Shown in pieces: positions 28,943 through 41,942 of a DNA stretch of 64,000 nt (positions within the stretch are counted from its first letter, which is position 1; every line of letters starts with the position of its first letter). Where the stretch lies: NCBI GenBank assembly GCA_051362555.1, contig CM120642.1, positions 6,944,001 to 7,008,000 of the forward strand. Reading direction: 5' to 3'. Below the pieces are notes generated by a model. The model saw nothing but the letters and a program-made list of their open reading frames with translations. It had not been told where the DNA came from and ran no database searches. The translations under genes and the position numbers were made by a program. The stretch is from Lingula anatina (lineage: Eukaryota > Animalia > Brachiopoda).

Positions 28943-31900
28943 CCTCCACCCACACAACACCACCACATATTTTGTCTATTGTACTTTACAAGACCAACAT
29001 GTCACAGCCATGGGATGTATTTCAACCTACCGCTTGGCTGTTTTTGCAATATTACCTCATGTTGTGTTAAAATTTGCAGCAATAATGGTATCAGGTTTAT
29101 CAACCACATGCCATATTGTTGGAAGAACCCAAAACTGAAAGCTTTCAGATCTAGTGATTAAGAAAAAATAAAAAAAACTCAAGACATGCTTAAGTAGCCC
29201 AGTTAAAGTAGTAAAATGAAGGTCCATTTAAAGACCTGTCACACACATTACTACTCCCAGCCAACATTGGACTTTCATAAAATAATTAAGACATCATTTC
29301 TATCAGCCACTGAATGAGGATAACCTATACACAGTATTGATTGTATTAAAGGAGATATGAATGTGTTGGATGAGACCAGTTATTCTTATAACTGGCATAG
29401 TGCTGTTTTAATGAGATTGGGAACATGTATAACTAATTGCTTAATGTTCTTCAGGGGTGGTATGACGAGTGTCCATCATGATGTGTCAAAATCTAATATG
29501 AACCTCCTTGGGGGCCACAATGTGTTTTGGAATGAAAATGTTTATCTAAAATGTGTAAACCAATCAATCGAACATTTATTTACTTTTTCTTGCACAAACA
29601 AAATATTTAAATAAAAAACAAATAATATTACACTTAACTTCAGAATGACGTAAAGGGGGAAAAAAAAGCAAGTCACCTGCCATTATTAAGAGCCAAAGGC
29701 ACAACCAAACAAGCAAACAAAAACTGTATTCAAAGTGCACTTGTACTGGCATCAGCCACCGTGAGGAAAATTTCATTTTGACAATCATATTAAGCATATC
29801 AAACTATTTTACCATTTTTTTTTTCTTTGAAGAGCATCTAGCCACCCTCGTAGTGGCATGACCACCCAGCCAGTGACAAAAAAAAGCCACCATTAATTTG
29901 CCCAAGTCAAATATGTGATCCACGCCACTGATAACTTGTCAGTTGGCGAGTCAAGGGTCTATAAAAACAACAACTACCTTTAATGAAACCAAAACATCTT
30001 AAGATAAAAAAGAGACGTCATTACAATCCCACTATGGCTGAAATTATACTTTTCATGGTAATCATAGATAAGACACATGGCACTTATGCTTTTAAAAGTT
30101 GAGATTTCCTACTGAAAGATTTTTCATGTTTCCTCTTGAGTTCAAGTGGACAGTAAGGGTTTGGTCTATAGACAAGTAATAGTCATATCTACCTCAAAGG
30201 AATGCAGCACTTAGCCTGGTTATATTGGCATGCTTTAATAAGAGGTTATGGTATATTTAGGGATCGATTAAACAGAGCGTTTTACCTAAATAAAAGACTT
30301 TTTATAAGTAGTAGGGAATAATGAGTATGGTAGGATCAGCCATTTGCAAAATTCATGTCATTTTATCTTTTCTTTAATGTACCGCCACAGAATACCGAAA
30401 AACAGCGTGAAAAGGCTACCTGGGTCAAATCAGGCAGGTAACTTAAACTAAGTGACTTCCAAACAAAGATATAAACCCAAAACACAATAGCTTTACATGG
30501 CCCTGTTGTCCCAGACTAATACAGACATTATCATTAAAAGACCTTGTAAAAATACCCCCTCCTTAACCCCCAAGAATACAACCAACATAAAAGACTTCCC
30601 AAAACAAATTCCCCCAGTTTTATACAAGCTCTTGCACAAGAGCATTAAGAGGTACCAAAATATTTTCTTTAGCAAGACTTGTCCTATTCTGAAGGTGGAG
30701 GGTCTTGATCAAACTAATTTGGAGAAGTCAACAAGCCTTCTGGGGGATGAGTGCACTTCTAACAGAAGTGATACACCATGTTGTAGTACTTCAGGGCAGT
30801 GGGCTCATATCACTTATTATGGGTAGAACAGGAACACAATGAAACTGGTCAAAGGCCCAGAGCAACACCATTTTTCGTAAGCATTTTTGGGACGTCCATG
30901 ATTTACTTTCATGACTCATTTATAAGGAGAACATTTTTATATAACAATTTTTCTGCTCAAATGCTAGAACAATAAAATGCTAAAAGATTGTCTTGATTTT
31001 CGCTAAAAATACCAGAAATACCCAGTCGTATTTACTTTTCAGCATGTCAATCATAACTGTTGTTTTTTCTCACAGGGGTTCGTTTTATCTTCAAATCTTA
31101 AAGAGTGAACAGTTCAAACTAAATTATTTGAACTTAACAACAACAGATCTGATATTGAACTGACACTAACATTAACGTCAACTCTTTCTACCTCGCTCTC
31201 TTTATTTCAGTCTCCATAAAAAACTAAAAAACAAACCTCTTCATATTTTTTCTGTCATGATAAAATGGTACTGTACCCTGTCTCTCAAGTTAAGAGGAGG
31301 GCCCACCACTGAGTCTCTGTCGAGGTCTGTAATGAACAGACTGATTTATACCCATGATGGAGCCTTGACTTTGATGCTACGCACTTACGCATCTCGATTC
31401 CCCAGGCCCTGACTGCGTTAATATTCTGGTAATACAAAAAAGTCACATTTCAGACACATTAATAGTTCCAAGCTTTTGAAATCTTACCATACTAAATCAC
31501 CTTTTTTTTCTTAACGAATGTTTTCTCTCAAATTGAGCATTGTTGGGTACCACTTTAATGATAATTCCTCGTGTCTTTTCTGGGGACATAAGCGATGTAG
31601 GTCACAATAAATGGAATCCAAATGTACCTTTGAAATATATTCTTTTTTTTTTTCCTTTTAAGTACCTTCAATACTTCACAGCACACACATAAAACTATCA
31701 AAGCCTAATTAATCACCATTCCCTTTTATAATAGTCTAAAATATACATTTTCACTGTTCATACTGTTATCAACCATCAGCTGATTTCACAGTCTTACAGC
31801 AGGGAGTTCAAGCACCAAGACAGCACCAATGATTCCATCGGGTCCAAAGGCAATGGGCACCTGCAGTTGACTAATATTTTGATTTCAGCAGCTCCATCAA

Positions 31901-32240
31901 TTACCATCCACAGCCACAAGGTTATAAATTGGAAAGCTGAGAGGTTTTATTGCCAAAATAATACGATGATAGCCATTAAATTGGATAGAAGTTTTTTATT
32001 TATTACAGCTTACTACCATGTTAGACACCAAGTGTAAAGCCAAAATCAATAAGCTGGATATAGGAACTTAAAGCGAACCACTGCTGAGGCCTTCTCATTA
32101 CTGTTAATGATTTCTACTAGTACCAAATGACATTCAACCTATAGTAAATGATTTACAAGTTCCGTTTCATTGGGGAAAAATGCTTTTCCTCCTCTTTTTA
32201 AGTAGGCCATTAGGTTGTGCTTCATGGCTATTCTCACCAT

Positions 32241-32442
32241 TTCTTTTTGTCTACTTTTAGATGATGTGACAGTCCTGTACTCCATTCATCTTGGAATCTT
32301 TACGGTGGGTGAACTGAAAACTGAAAGCCATCTAGTCAATCAATGAATCCCAAGATGGTAAGACTCCCAAAGAAGGACCAGCCATAAAAACCACCCAGAG
32401 GAAAGATATACATAAGTCCATCTGTCAAAACTGTGTCTCATC
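32241..32442 (+). other. Probable splice acceptor and 5'UTR portion of the LRR coding exon
   Basis: Pyrimidine tract ttctttttgtctacttttAG ends at 32260, 182 nt before the ATG; branch-like ttctcac lies upstream. Confidence 0.55.
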
Positions 32443-34800
32443 ATGTTGAAGATGGCATCATCACAAATTACGATATTGATGCCCTTACTGACCCTGGCTT
32501 GTGTTGCTACAGGATTTAGTTTACCAACCAATTCTGAGCAGGGTTGCCCATCCCTGTGCACTTGCTACAAACAGAGCACTGTTATAAGATGTGAGGGCAT
32601 GCAGATGAAGAAGGTTCCTCTGCTTCCCTCATCTGCAAGATGGGTTTACTTGAACAACAATCGGCTGAATATATTAGGAAACTTTTCATTCGAGGGGCTG
32701 CCAAATTTGGAATACATCAACTTGGAAAATAACGGGCTATATCAACTGGATCCCAATGCTTTTGGAAGCGGTTTGAATAAACTCAAAGTACTGAAACTTG
32801 GACACAATCTGCTTAAGGAGATACCAGAGGGCTTTTTCCGAAGGTCAACCCAAGTTACAGAACTGGATCTCAGTTATAACACTTTCACAACTGTGCCACA
32901 TACTTGTATGCAGTATCTCACCCAATTGAAAATCCTCAATGTAAGTTACAATGACATCTACGATCCAGTTCTAAGCTCATCCTTTCAGCACACAACGAAG
33001 CTTCAGTATTTGGATTATTCTGGCAATGACATTGTTCGCCTGGCCGGGAATGCATTTCAGGCCATGCTGTGGTGGGACGCCATTCCCAAGTATTTAAATC
33101 TGTCCAACTGCAACATTAAATACATAGATTCTGAAGCTTTTGAGAAACTTTACCACCTATCCCAAGTTACATTGTCTGGGAATCCAGGAATTCCCATAGG
33201 AACACTCAAAGATGCCATGAAACGGCTAGAAGTTGCTAGTCTCAGAAGACTAGAAATGTCCAATATGAATATAACAGAAACAGCACATATATTCAGTAAT
33301 CTTGAATTATCCAGCCTGGAGTCATTAGATTTGTCCCATAATCAAATCACTACTATAGGTCAGAGGACATTCTACTTCCTTTCCCGACTCACTGACCTTG
33401 ACCTTTCACATAATATGATTGGAGCCATAGGTGATATGTCTGGTCTCACTTTGATACAGAGACTGCACCTTTCTAATAACCAGATCAGCTTCTTGGATGA
33501 ATCAGAAATTGAAACGATCAATACACTGAAGGAGCTTCACCTTTCCCACAATAAATTCACCGATATCAGCAATGCCCCACTACAAGAACTATGGGATCTG
33601 ATCCTGCTAGATCTCAGTAACAATTTCCTACAGGAGTTTGAAGTCAGTGCATCTCTGGAACATTTAGAACATTTGAATGTGGCTCAAAATGGTCTCACAA
33701 CACTAGGTACCATTCCTCGGCTGCTGCAGCTAAAATACTTAGATGTAAGTGGCAACAGGTTGTCATTTTTAAGCAGTGAACTCTTCTCCCGAAGCAACCA
33801 AATAGAAAGTGTCAACTTCAGCCATAATGCCATTACTGAAATCAATCAAAACGCATTTCTATCTCATGCCCCAAGTGTTATTGACCTATCCCATAATTCC
33901 CTGACACGCTTAGAAGATTTTGGTTGGAAGGATCAACAGGTTAAAGTCATTCTTTTGAATAATAACCGTATCATGAGTATGTCTACAACGGCATTACATG
34001 GCCTACGCTGGCTCTCAATATTAGACCTAAGCAATAACTCCCTCAGAGACATCTGGTGGGAGAATTTCAAGGATCTTCAGAATCTAAAGACATTGATTTT
34101 GAGTGGAAATGATCTGGGCAGTATGCTCAAAACCCAAAATGGAGTAGCACTTCTAAACAGTTTAAGAGGGCTTGAAACCCTCTACCTGGACAAAAACAGT
34201 ATTGACGAGCCACACGAGGACCTTTTTTATAACCTGACTTCCTTGACGAGACTGGATCTCAGTCAAAACATGATGGAGAACACTTCTTGGAAATTACTGA
34301 GCCGTTTACAATCAATAACCCACCTGAACCTTTCATCCAATAATTTCAAACAGTTTGACCCAGAAAGCTTTGAGGGCTTTGGCTCGTTGCAGTCTCTTGA
34401 CCTCTCACTTAATCCATTTGAGTGCAACTGTGACCTTTTAGAATTCCGTAACTGGCTGGACAGGACTAGTGTCTCTATTGAAGATTTTGATAAAATAGAC
34501 AGGTATGTCTGCCAGAGCCCTGATAAATGGAAAGGACGCCCTTTGATGTACTTCTACCCTGCTGTAGACTCATGTGGCGAGCTCTTCGACAAGAGGATTA
34601 TATTTTTAGCAATAGGAGCCATTGGCCTTGTCATAGTCCTTATTGGGGGATTGGTATTTTACAGGCACAGATGGAGAATCAAGAGGCGGCTTGCCCGTCA
34701 CCAATATGGTGTCATACGCGAGCGTGATAACAATGCTTTACAACTGACACTTCATCAACCCAATGGAAACACTCAAAATGGCGGCAACGTATGGTTGTGA
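32443..34800 (+). CDS. Single-exon leucine-rich-repeat type-I transmembrane receptor (Toll-like ectodomain, no TIR)
   Basis: 785-aa ORF with an in-frame stop upstream (32413). It has a hydrophobic signal peptide, an LRRNT cap CPSLCTC..IRC, more than 20 LxxLxLxxN repeats, an LRRCT NPFECNC..W..YVCQSP..GRPL..C, a TM helix IIFLAIGAIGLVIVLIGGLVFY (about 34597-34662) and a 45-aa tail. Confidence 0.96.
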   Translation: MLKMASSQITILMPLLTLACVATGFSLPTNSEQGCPSLCTCYKQSTVIRCEGMQMKKVPLLPSSARWVYLNNNRLNILGNFSFEGLPNLEYINLENNGLYQLDPNAFGSGLNKLKVLKLGHNLLKEIPEGFFRRSTQVTELDLSYNTFTTVPHTCMQYLTQLKILNVSYNDIYDPVLSSSFQHTTKLQYLDYSGNDIVRLAGNAFQAMLWWDAIPKYLNLSNCNIKYIDSEAFEKLYHLSQVTLSGNPGIPIGTLKDAMKRLEVASLRRLEMSNMNITETAHIFSNLELSSLESLDLSHNQITTIGQRTFYFLSRLTDLDLSHNMIGAIGDMSGLTLIQRLHLSNNQISFLDESEIETINTLKELHLSHNKFTDISNAPLQELWDLILLDLSNNFLQEFEVSASLEHLEHLNVAQNGLTTLGTIPRLLQLKYLDVSGNRLSFLSSELFSRSNQIESVNFSHNAITEINQNAFLSHAPSVIDLSHNSLTRLEDFGWKDQQVKVILLNNNRIMSMSTTALHGLRWLSILDLSNNSLRDIWWENFKDLQNLKTLILSGNDLGSMLKTQNGVALLNSLRGLETLYLDKNSIDEPHEDLFYNLTSLTRLDLSQNMMENTSWKLLSRLQSITHLNLSSNNFKQFDPESFEGFGSLQSLDLSLNPFECNCDLLEFRNWLDRTSVSIEDFDKIDRYVCQSPDKWKGRPLMYFYPAVDSCGELFDKRIIFLAIGAIGLVIVLIGGLVFYRHRWRIKRRLARHQYGVIRERDNNALQLTLHQPNGNTQNGGNVWL

Positions 34801-37800
34801 TATAGTACTTCTAATGTATTCAAAGTTCCCAAAAGTACCCAATTCATATATGTACAAACTGAACATATCCAAGAGCAACAGACCTGTTTCTCGGTTCTTG
34901 TCATGTTCTGTTCCTCTTTTTCAGTGGGTCACAGCTGCTGTGTTGATTGTAAGAACAAGGTTATACTCTGTACATTTTTAGCATGGATTTTTTAAGTTAA
35001 AACCATAAAAAATATTCTGTAATTTGAAAGTGTGGTTATGCCAACTTTACTAGACTTTATAAATTGTTCATGATGCATGGACAGCACATTAAAAAACCTG
35101 TTAGAATTCAACATGTGGATATTGCACTATGGGTATTTTAAGAAAAAAGAGCAAAACAATGACAAGACCCAGAAAAAAATAACACCCCTGGTATTGTCAC
35201 ATTCAAGTTCCCTAACTGTATAAGAAAGATTTTTTGTAAAATACAAGTTATTATTCAAAGATCTAAGTGGATCAAAGAGTTGCATGTAGTTTTGTATATT
35301 TCTACTATCAATGTAAATAGCAATAAGTGCAGGTTGGCTAATCTGCATATTTTGTAAAATGTATATAGATCGTCATATCAATAACCTTGTCAATATTATA
35401 TATATGCCTATTTATTGAGCAAATATCAGCATGTAATTTTCAAAAATAAGTCTAGGTATGTTTTCCTTTGTCTTTATTTTAGTTTCTTTTCCTATGGTCA
35501 ATACTTCAATTCAACAGGCATGAAGTTCATGTCACGTTAAATTTGAATATGCTACCCTCGTCAACAGACCTTTTTACAGCATATCATCTGAGGTCATAGC
35601 AGTTTTAAACCACTTTGAGTAATGCATTTAAATCAGTAATAATGGCATTGAAAACTTGCAATGTTATCACACACTGCCTTTAACATGGAGATAATAGAGA
35701 GAGTTAAAGTAAATGCACTCATAGCTGTGGGTTTCTGCCTTCTGGCCATAGTAGTGTTTTTTTTTTTTTTTTTTCTTTGAAGGTGCATTTTTCTTGTCTT
35801 TTTTATCTTGTCAATGTGATTTTGTATCCTGTATATAAAATATGTGATAAGTGGTTTCAATTCAAAATAATAATAATAATAATTATTATGATAATAACAA
35901 TATCTGTCATATCAAATACAAGTTAATTCTATCATCATTATTAGCTTCAACTCAAATATTTGCTCAAAAACTGAAAATATTCTTCTTTGCCTAGAGAGAA
36001 GATTTCATCAAACATAATGCCTTATTGTAAATACATTGCTTTCTGCTATCAATATTTTATTATTTTGAACAAAAATATGTTGACGTTTGTCCATGCTATC
36101 TGCCAATTGCTAGGACTTTACATTATATATGTCTGACCACCAGATTCCACAGCCTGGCCAGAAGTTGCTTCAGAATTGTGCACCAACTGGGACTGTGGCC
36201 AGTTTTGAGTTAAAAAGTCAACGTGATTAAAAGAAATATGGATTTGTTACCATAATTCAGAGACAATTGCCATACTTAAGCAGCTTTGTCTGGAGAATAT
36301 TTAATTTGCATCAACAAAAAGCTACATTAAGAGACCTAAAACTTACACAGAAACCACCCATTGCTGTTGTTTATTATTTACTGTTTTTGAATAAACAGGC
36401 TGTGCCTAAAAATGACCTTGCAATGCATTTCCTTAATTAAAGTATTTGTTATACAATTAATTGGGGGGGGGGGGGGGGGGGGGAGAGAGAGAGAATGGGG
36501 AGATGAGAAAACCTCATAGAGAATATGGAATGTCCCACTTTGTCCTGTGCTGGACCTGCCATTTGAATGTAATTTCTATCACAATTCTATCCATATGAGC
36601 AGTATTACTGTTTATTCAATATAGAAGTTACTATGATGAAGCTTTAATGTATGGGAGAGATTGCTTTTTTAAGTGCTCTGTAACTTACAGCACGTGTCAC
36701 AAACTGATAAAACCTCTCCGGAATTATAAGTACCATTTGCTTTACATGTTTAATGGGGTACAATCCCTAAAGTTGACACATTTCATTTGTTAATGGAAGT
36801 CACTACTCAGAGTGATGCTGAAATTTCTGTAAAGTGCAGGAGATTCATTTTTGTTAACATTCAAGGATTTAAACTTATACTTTCTCTATTCATGACAACG
36901 GAAATAAGAAAAAAATTGAAAAAAAAAAAAGAAAAAAATTGAGAGTCATTACAAATGACATCTGCCTTCCTGACATTCAAAATATACGTACCAAGCATGG
37001 CCTTATTTAAAATTTCTGTGAAATTGTGAGATGTCGTAGCTACCAACTTGCATGCCAAAAAAACTAAGAAGATAAAGACATTAAGTATGCTTCAGATAAA
37101 CTTCAGCATGAAGGTCTGAATTGCGAAATAAAAGATGCTTTGAAGAACGAAAAAACGAGTGTTTTTTTTTTTCAAATGCATCTGTATTACCTTTCAATAA
37201 TCTTTTTGGAACAGAAGTTAATTTTCATTCTTGAAAATATTACATCATCATATCCTAATATGTTATATTTGTCAACAAGGATTCAGTGAAGCTGAAGATT
37301 TTCAGTACTTGTTTGCCATTTTGGTGGTAAATATGGTCTTCTGCTGCTTCAGTGACATCCATCCAAAATTTCCTTGTTTCAAACATTTCAGCATCTAGTA
37401 GAAATGTCTATGGTAAATTGGATTTGTTTTATTGTAACCCATGAATATTTATCTTCAAATGTTTGCTGTTCCTGTATAAGTACAGTTTTGTAAAAAAGCC
37501 ATAAACTAAGTATGTATCACTGTATTTTTCATGCTTACTTCTCTATAAAGTTTTGATAAAAGCTCAAATTTTGACTCAAACATCACAAAAAAATTTCACA
37601 GTAATTCATGCACAAATTGTACAAATGATCCTATCACAGCTTAAAACTAACCTTTACAGAAGGCACAATCTATATCAAAACCAAAATTTCCGATCAATGC
37701 AAAAGAAATTAAAGACACACAGCAGCCGTTTTCAGAATCGATACTTATTCATTTATCCCTTTTATTTCTGGTACACTTGTCTCCTTAAATAGACATCAAA

Positions 37801-39424
37801 AGTTATAAATGTTCTCACTAGAGACAAATTAATAAAGACTGGGGTCTAGGGGCTCCCTTAGAATACTATGACCCTTGCTTTATCTCACATCTGGATATAA
37901 ATTAAAAGATCGTCTGGTCTTCAAGGCTTTTAAGTCTAAATTGAATGTGGCAGTAACCATCATTTCAATAGTCTCAATAAAATTTATGAGTGCCCAAATT
38001 AGATTTTTTTTTCGGATGTTCTGTTCCATGTTTAAATTATAAATGCCAACAAACCCAAATATTTTAATAGTCAATAAGTGAGTTGATACAATGCATTACC
38101 ATTGTTTAGGCAACATGAGGAAATTGAGTCAGTTGTGCTAAGGTTGTGTTAGGTGAGAGGAAATTGGAAAAAAACAATATATTAGCTTATGATGAGAAAT
38201 TTGATGAAAAAGCAAATCAGTTCTTAAGAGACTACATTTTCTTTATCTTCAAGGCATGAATCATAAGATCAGGGTCCTTTGATGAATGGCCATGATGGCA
38301 TGCCTTTGGAAAAAAAAGTTCAGTGTCTTTAAAAACTTTTTACCATCTTTAGAAAAGAGACAAGAAATAAACATTTTCACCAACATAAACTTATTAACAT
38401 GACCACAAATATGTATAACCTCTCTCATCTTCTTATCTTGAACTAATCTGTAAAAAATACAGTTACATAATGGCTCCCAATCCCTCAAAAAATAAACTGA
38501 AATGCTTAAATAATGTTATGGTGCTCTCATGCATGTCAATATTTTCATCCCAACCACCTGTTTCAAGCCCAATTCTGACAAACAATGTCAATTTCCAGTT
38601 CAACTTAAAATCTCATTATTTTCCATTAAAAATCCAACTAGCATTATACTGCCTGACAATAGAGGTTAGCGTCACGGGCGGTGAATTTTGGAGTGACACC
38701 CTAGGGGAGCAGATATATAAGGACAGGGTTCAGTAATCTAAAGAATTTAAAAAGAAATGGGTCCCAAAAATTGTGCATTTTTTATTAACCCTGATAAAAG
38801 GAAAAACTGAGCATGTACTGAGATATTTTTGGAGTATTTATATCAAGGTTGTGTACAAAACTGAGGACATTTTATCCACTCCTCATTTGCTTGAAAATCC
38901 TGAAACTCACATACCCATGCAAACCACACACACAAAACCAGAGGAAAAATGTCCCAACAAAAGATATCTTCAATTTGCCATAAATGGCCTGTTTTCAAAT
39001 TTTTTTCAAAGGGATGGGTTCCACCAACAACGACGTCATATCTTCATTAAATTTCAATTTCCTCTCCAAAATTATTTGCGCAGCATCTATTTTTTGTTTC
39101 CCATATACTGTTATTAAAACCATTCCCTTGGAGACGGTAGGGTGTAAATCAAAAATAACCTGCCAGACAAAGTTTCTATTTGACATATCTCATGAACTGT
39201 AAAAACAGTGGACAATCCAGCCATGCAATATCGTGGACAAATTGGATTGGGACTCAAATATCATAGATTCCAGCCTCAGATAACCCATTCAAAACAAATC
39301 AATTTAAAAAAAAAAAGAGAACTAATTATGAATTTTAAATTTCTGTAATACCTCCTGTAGTTGAAAATTGTATTGTAATATCAAACCTTCCTCTTTGAAA
39401 AATAACAATATGCCAATTTGAATT

Positions 39425-39426
<2 letters not shown>

Positions 39427-39480
<54 letters not shown>
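39427..39480. repeat. Poly-A tract (54 nt)
   Basis: Direct reading. Confidence 0.95.
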
Positions 39481-39482
<2 letters not shown>

Positions 39483-41876
39483 ATGCCTCTGTGAGATAGA
39501 ACTCTCCTAAATGAATTTATTACTAAATATCCTGTTTGTGAAATAAAATGAAAAAAAAAAAATGCAATTTCCTTCTTTTCATCAAGATTGAAGCATCAGT
39601 CATAGAACAAAGTCAAGTCATAATTATTGAAAAGCATTCTTGATTAATGAAAAAAATGAAACATTGGTGATCTTTGAAAAATATCAAATATTGGCCAATT
39701 TATCAAATGCAGTCTGCAGAGTTTTAATTTAGTGACAAAGACAACTTTCTGGCCTTAACTTCTACAAGATCTTCCTTTCAAATTTATTTTATTGGCAAGA
39801 AAATGTGATACCTGTGACAAATAAAGACTGTCACCTGCAGAGTGTCACACTGGGAAACCAAACGACTTAACAACAAAGTGACCAATCTTTGACCAGAGTG
39901 ACCATCTCCTGACCACAAGCTGATGAGACATTTTTTGTTAAATCAATGGACAGTCTGTAAAAAAATGACAGACAATTTTCAATAACGGAGACACTATGCC
40001 TCAAGAATGGTCATCTATCGTCAGAGGATCCTTGCAGTGCAGATATCATACACAAAGAGAACTTTATATTCCCTGATTAAATTTGTCAAAAATATTTGTT
40101 GAAAAGAAAACTCATTTTTGTGTACTTGTGAGTTCAAAACCGAAGGGCTACACATACATACATTATTATTATTTATATTCCAAAACAAAATAACAAATAT
40201 TTAGGAAGAAAAAAGTTCCAAAATGACAAGATATTTTTTTTAATATTTTGTCAAATATTTCAGAATCATCAGCTGATATTCAAACAAGAACACCATAAAC
40301 TTATACAGTGAGCATACTTCGAATGAAAGGAAATAAAACATTTGTGCAGCAAATCACTGAAATATTTTTGAAAATCATTTTAGGGAGTAGGTGAAAGTCC
40401 CATTCAACCATCAGGGGCTATGGTCTTTCACAGTCTGGGTGATGAAGTAAAATAATTTACAGTGCAAGAGAGCAGAAAAAATGACAAATTCAAGAAAACC
40501 AAAAATGTATCTTTCTGAACTAAAAAAATGCTATCTATACCTACTTCTCTTTTTGTTAATTTAACTATTCAAGTCAAGAAAATCGCAACAAACATTTAAC
40601 AGCCTATGTTCCTATCTAGGCTGCAGATTTGATCGAAATAACAAGATTCCTAAGCTGAAATTTTATAATGTTTACTTAACCAAATTACTTGGACTGAGTT
40701 TGAAAAAAAATTAATTAGTGAAGCCAATGAACCTTCAGTGGATAAGGTTCACTCAACAAATACTGAGTTTCTCTGATCATTTCCACGCAAGACCTGTTCC
40801 TATATTTCTAAAAACAAAACAAAGTCCCAAGACAAAGTAACAAACACAAAAACATCTTCTGGAAGAATCTCAGATTCCTTAATTAAATTCCTCATGGAGG
40901 CGACTACTCAAAGATGTATTTCCTTCCTTCCTCCCAATGTGATTAGTCCTTGTAGTGGAAGTCCGATCAGTTTATCAGAAAACAATGCTAAGCAGGAAGC
41001 TAAACCCAACCCAGTCTCAATGGTTCAGTTAAAAGACAACACATAAATTAATTTGTTCCACTTCAGACAACAGAACATATCTGTTTCCATGTCTTATCTT
41101 GTTTTGTGAGCTTCCAAGTCTAAGTGCAAAATTTGATGTATTGAGCTATGTATTTAAATGTAAAAGTGGAAGGCGGTCTTTTATGGGAGAGGGGGTGGGG
41201 AGAAGTACAGGGGAAGGGTTTGCTTTTATTAGGATCAAATCTAAAGTAATACTACATCAAATTTATCATTCTATCCCTAGAATTTTAGAATTAACCAAAA
41301 ACATTTTCATGGAATAATAAAGTTTTTTTTTTGTCACACAGCACCATTCCAACAGCAATGCAATACAACTCAGTTCAATTGGATTTTTGGTACAAAGGTG
41401 GCAATTCCATTAGAATTTTTCTCATATCTCATTTTTAATTAAGTAATGTGTTTAACAACTGAGTAAACTCCAACCATAATGCCTGTATTTCAACAATGTT
41501 ATTCAAAAGTTTTTAAATTTGTTACATCCCAGCTGCGAAATGTTGGTTATATTTGAAGTCAGAAAACTAAAAGAAATACCTCCTGCTATGGAAAATATAT
41601 ATGTCAATCAACCTACAACATGGCTTGGTAAATGAACATCTCCCAGTGTCTCAACAGAAGAAGTGAAGAGGTTTGGATCTTCATTTTAAATCATCACGTG
41701 CTCATGTAAGAAGGGTATTCTTTTCTTGCTTTCTTTTTTAAAAAGCCAGCATTGTTTTACCAGAAACCTTGCTTTGTTTGGGCTTGTGACACACTAGTAT
41801 ATGCTTGTACCTCTGACTTTCAATGTGTTCAAATACCATGCATTTAAAAAATCTAAAACAGAAACTATAAACTTAC

Positions 41877-41942
41877 CAGTTCTGCTTTTGATTCTTTAGC
41901 AAATGCTTGTAATTTTTCTATATCTTTATTGGATAAGTGTCT
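41877..41942 (-). CDS. DARS2: DARS2 exon 11
   Basis: [22 protein letters not shown] resembles the LSRKxIDxLxxFAK segment of the AspRS GAD domain; acceptor tttcag, donor GTAAGT. Confidence 0.82.

Noticed and set aside
377-31000. Numerous 60-110 aa ORFs in the left half
   Set aside because: Low-complexity AT-driven composition, often non-ATG starts, no domains and no phase-consistent exon chains.
34763-34981. Overlapping ORF with YGCDIVLLMYS as a frameshifted TIR box 1 remnant
   Set aside because: Only faint resemblance to YDAFxSY; no box 2 (RDxxPG) or box 3 (FW) downstream. The sequence reads as AT-rich 3'UTR.
38995-39186. Minus-strand ORF as a candidate next DARS2 exon
   Set aside because: No AspRS similarity and no donor before the stop. 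The segment TTTTCAAAGG(G/A)ATGGGTTCCA recurs at about 44440, suggesting a dispersed repeat fragment.
39427-39480. Poly-A as a retrocopy tail
   Set aside because: No TSD, upstream ORF or recognisable SINE body; long homopolymers are common in this window.
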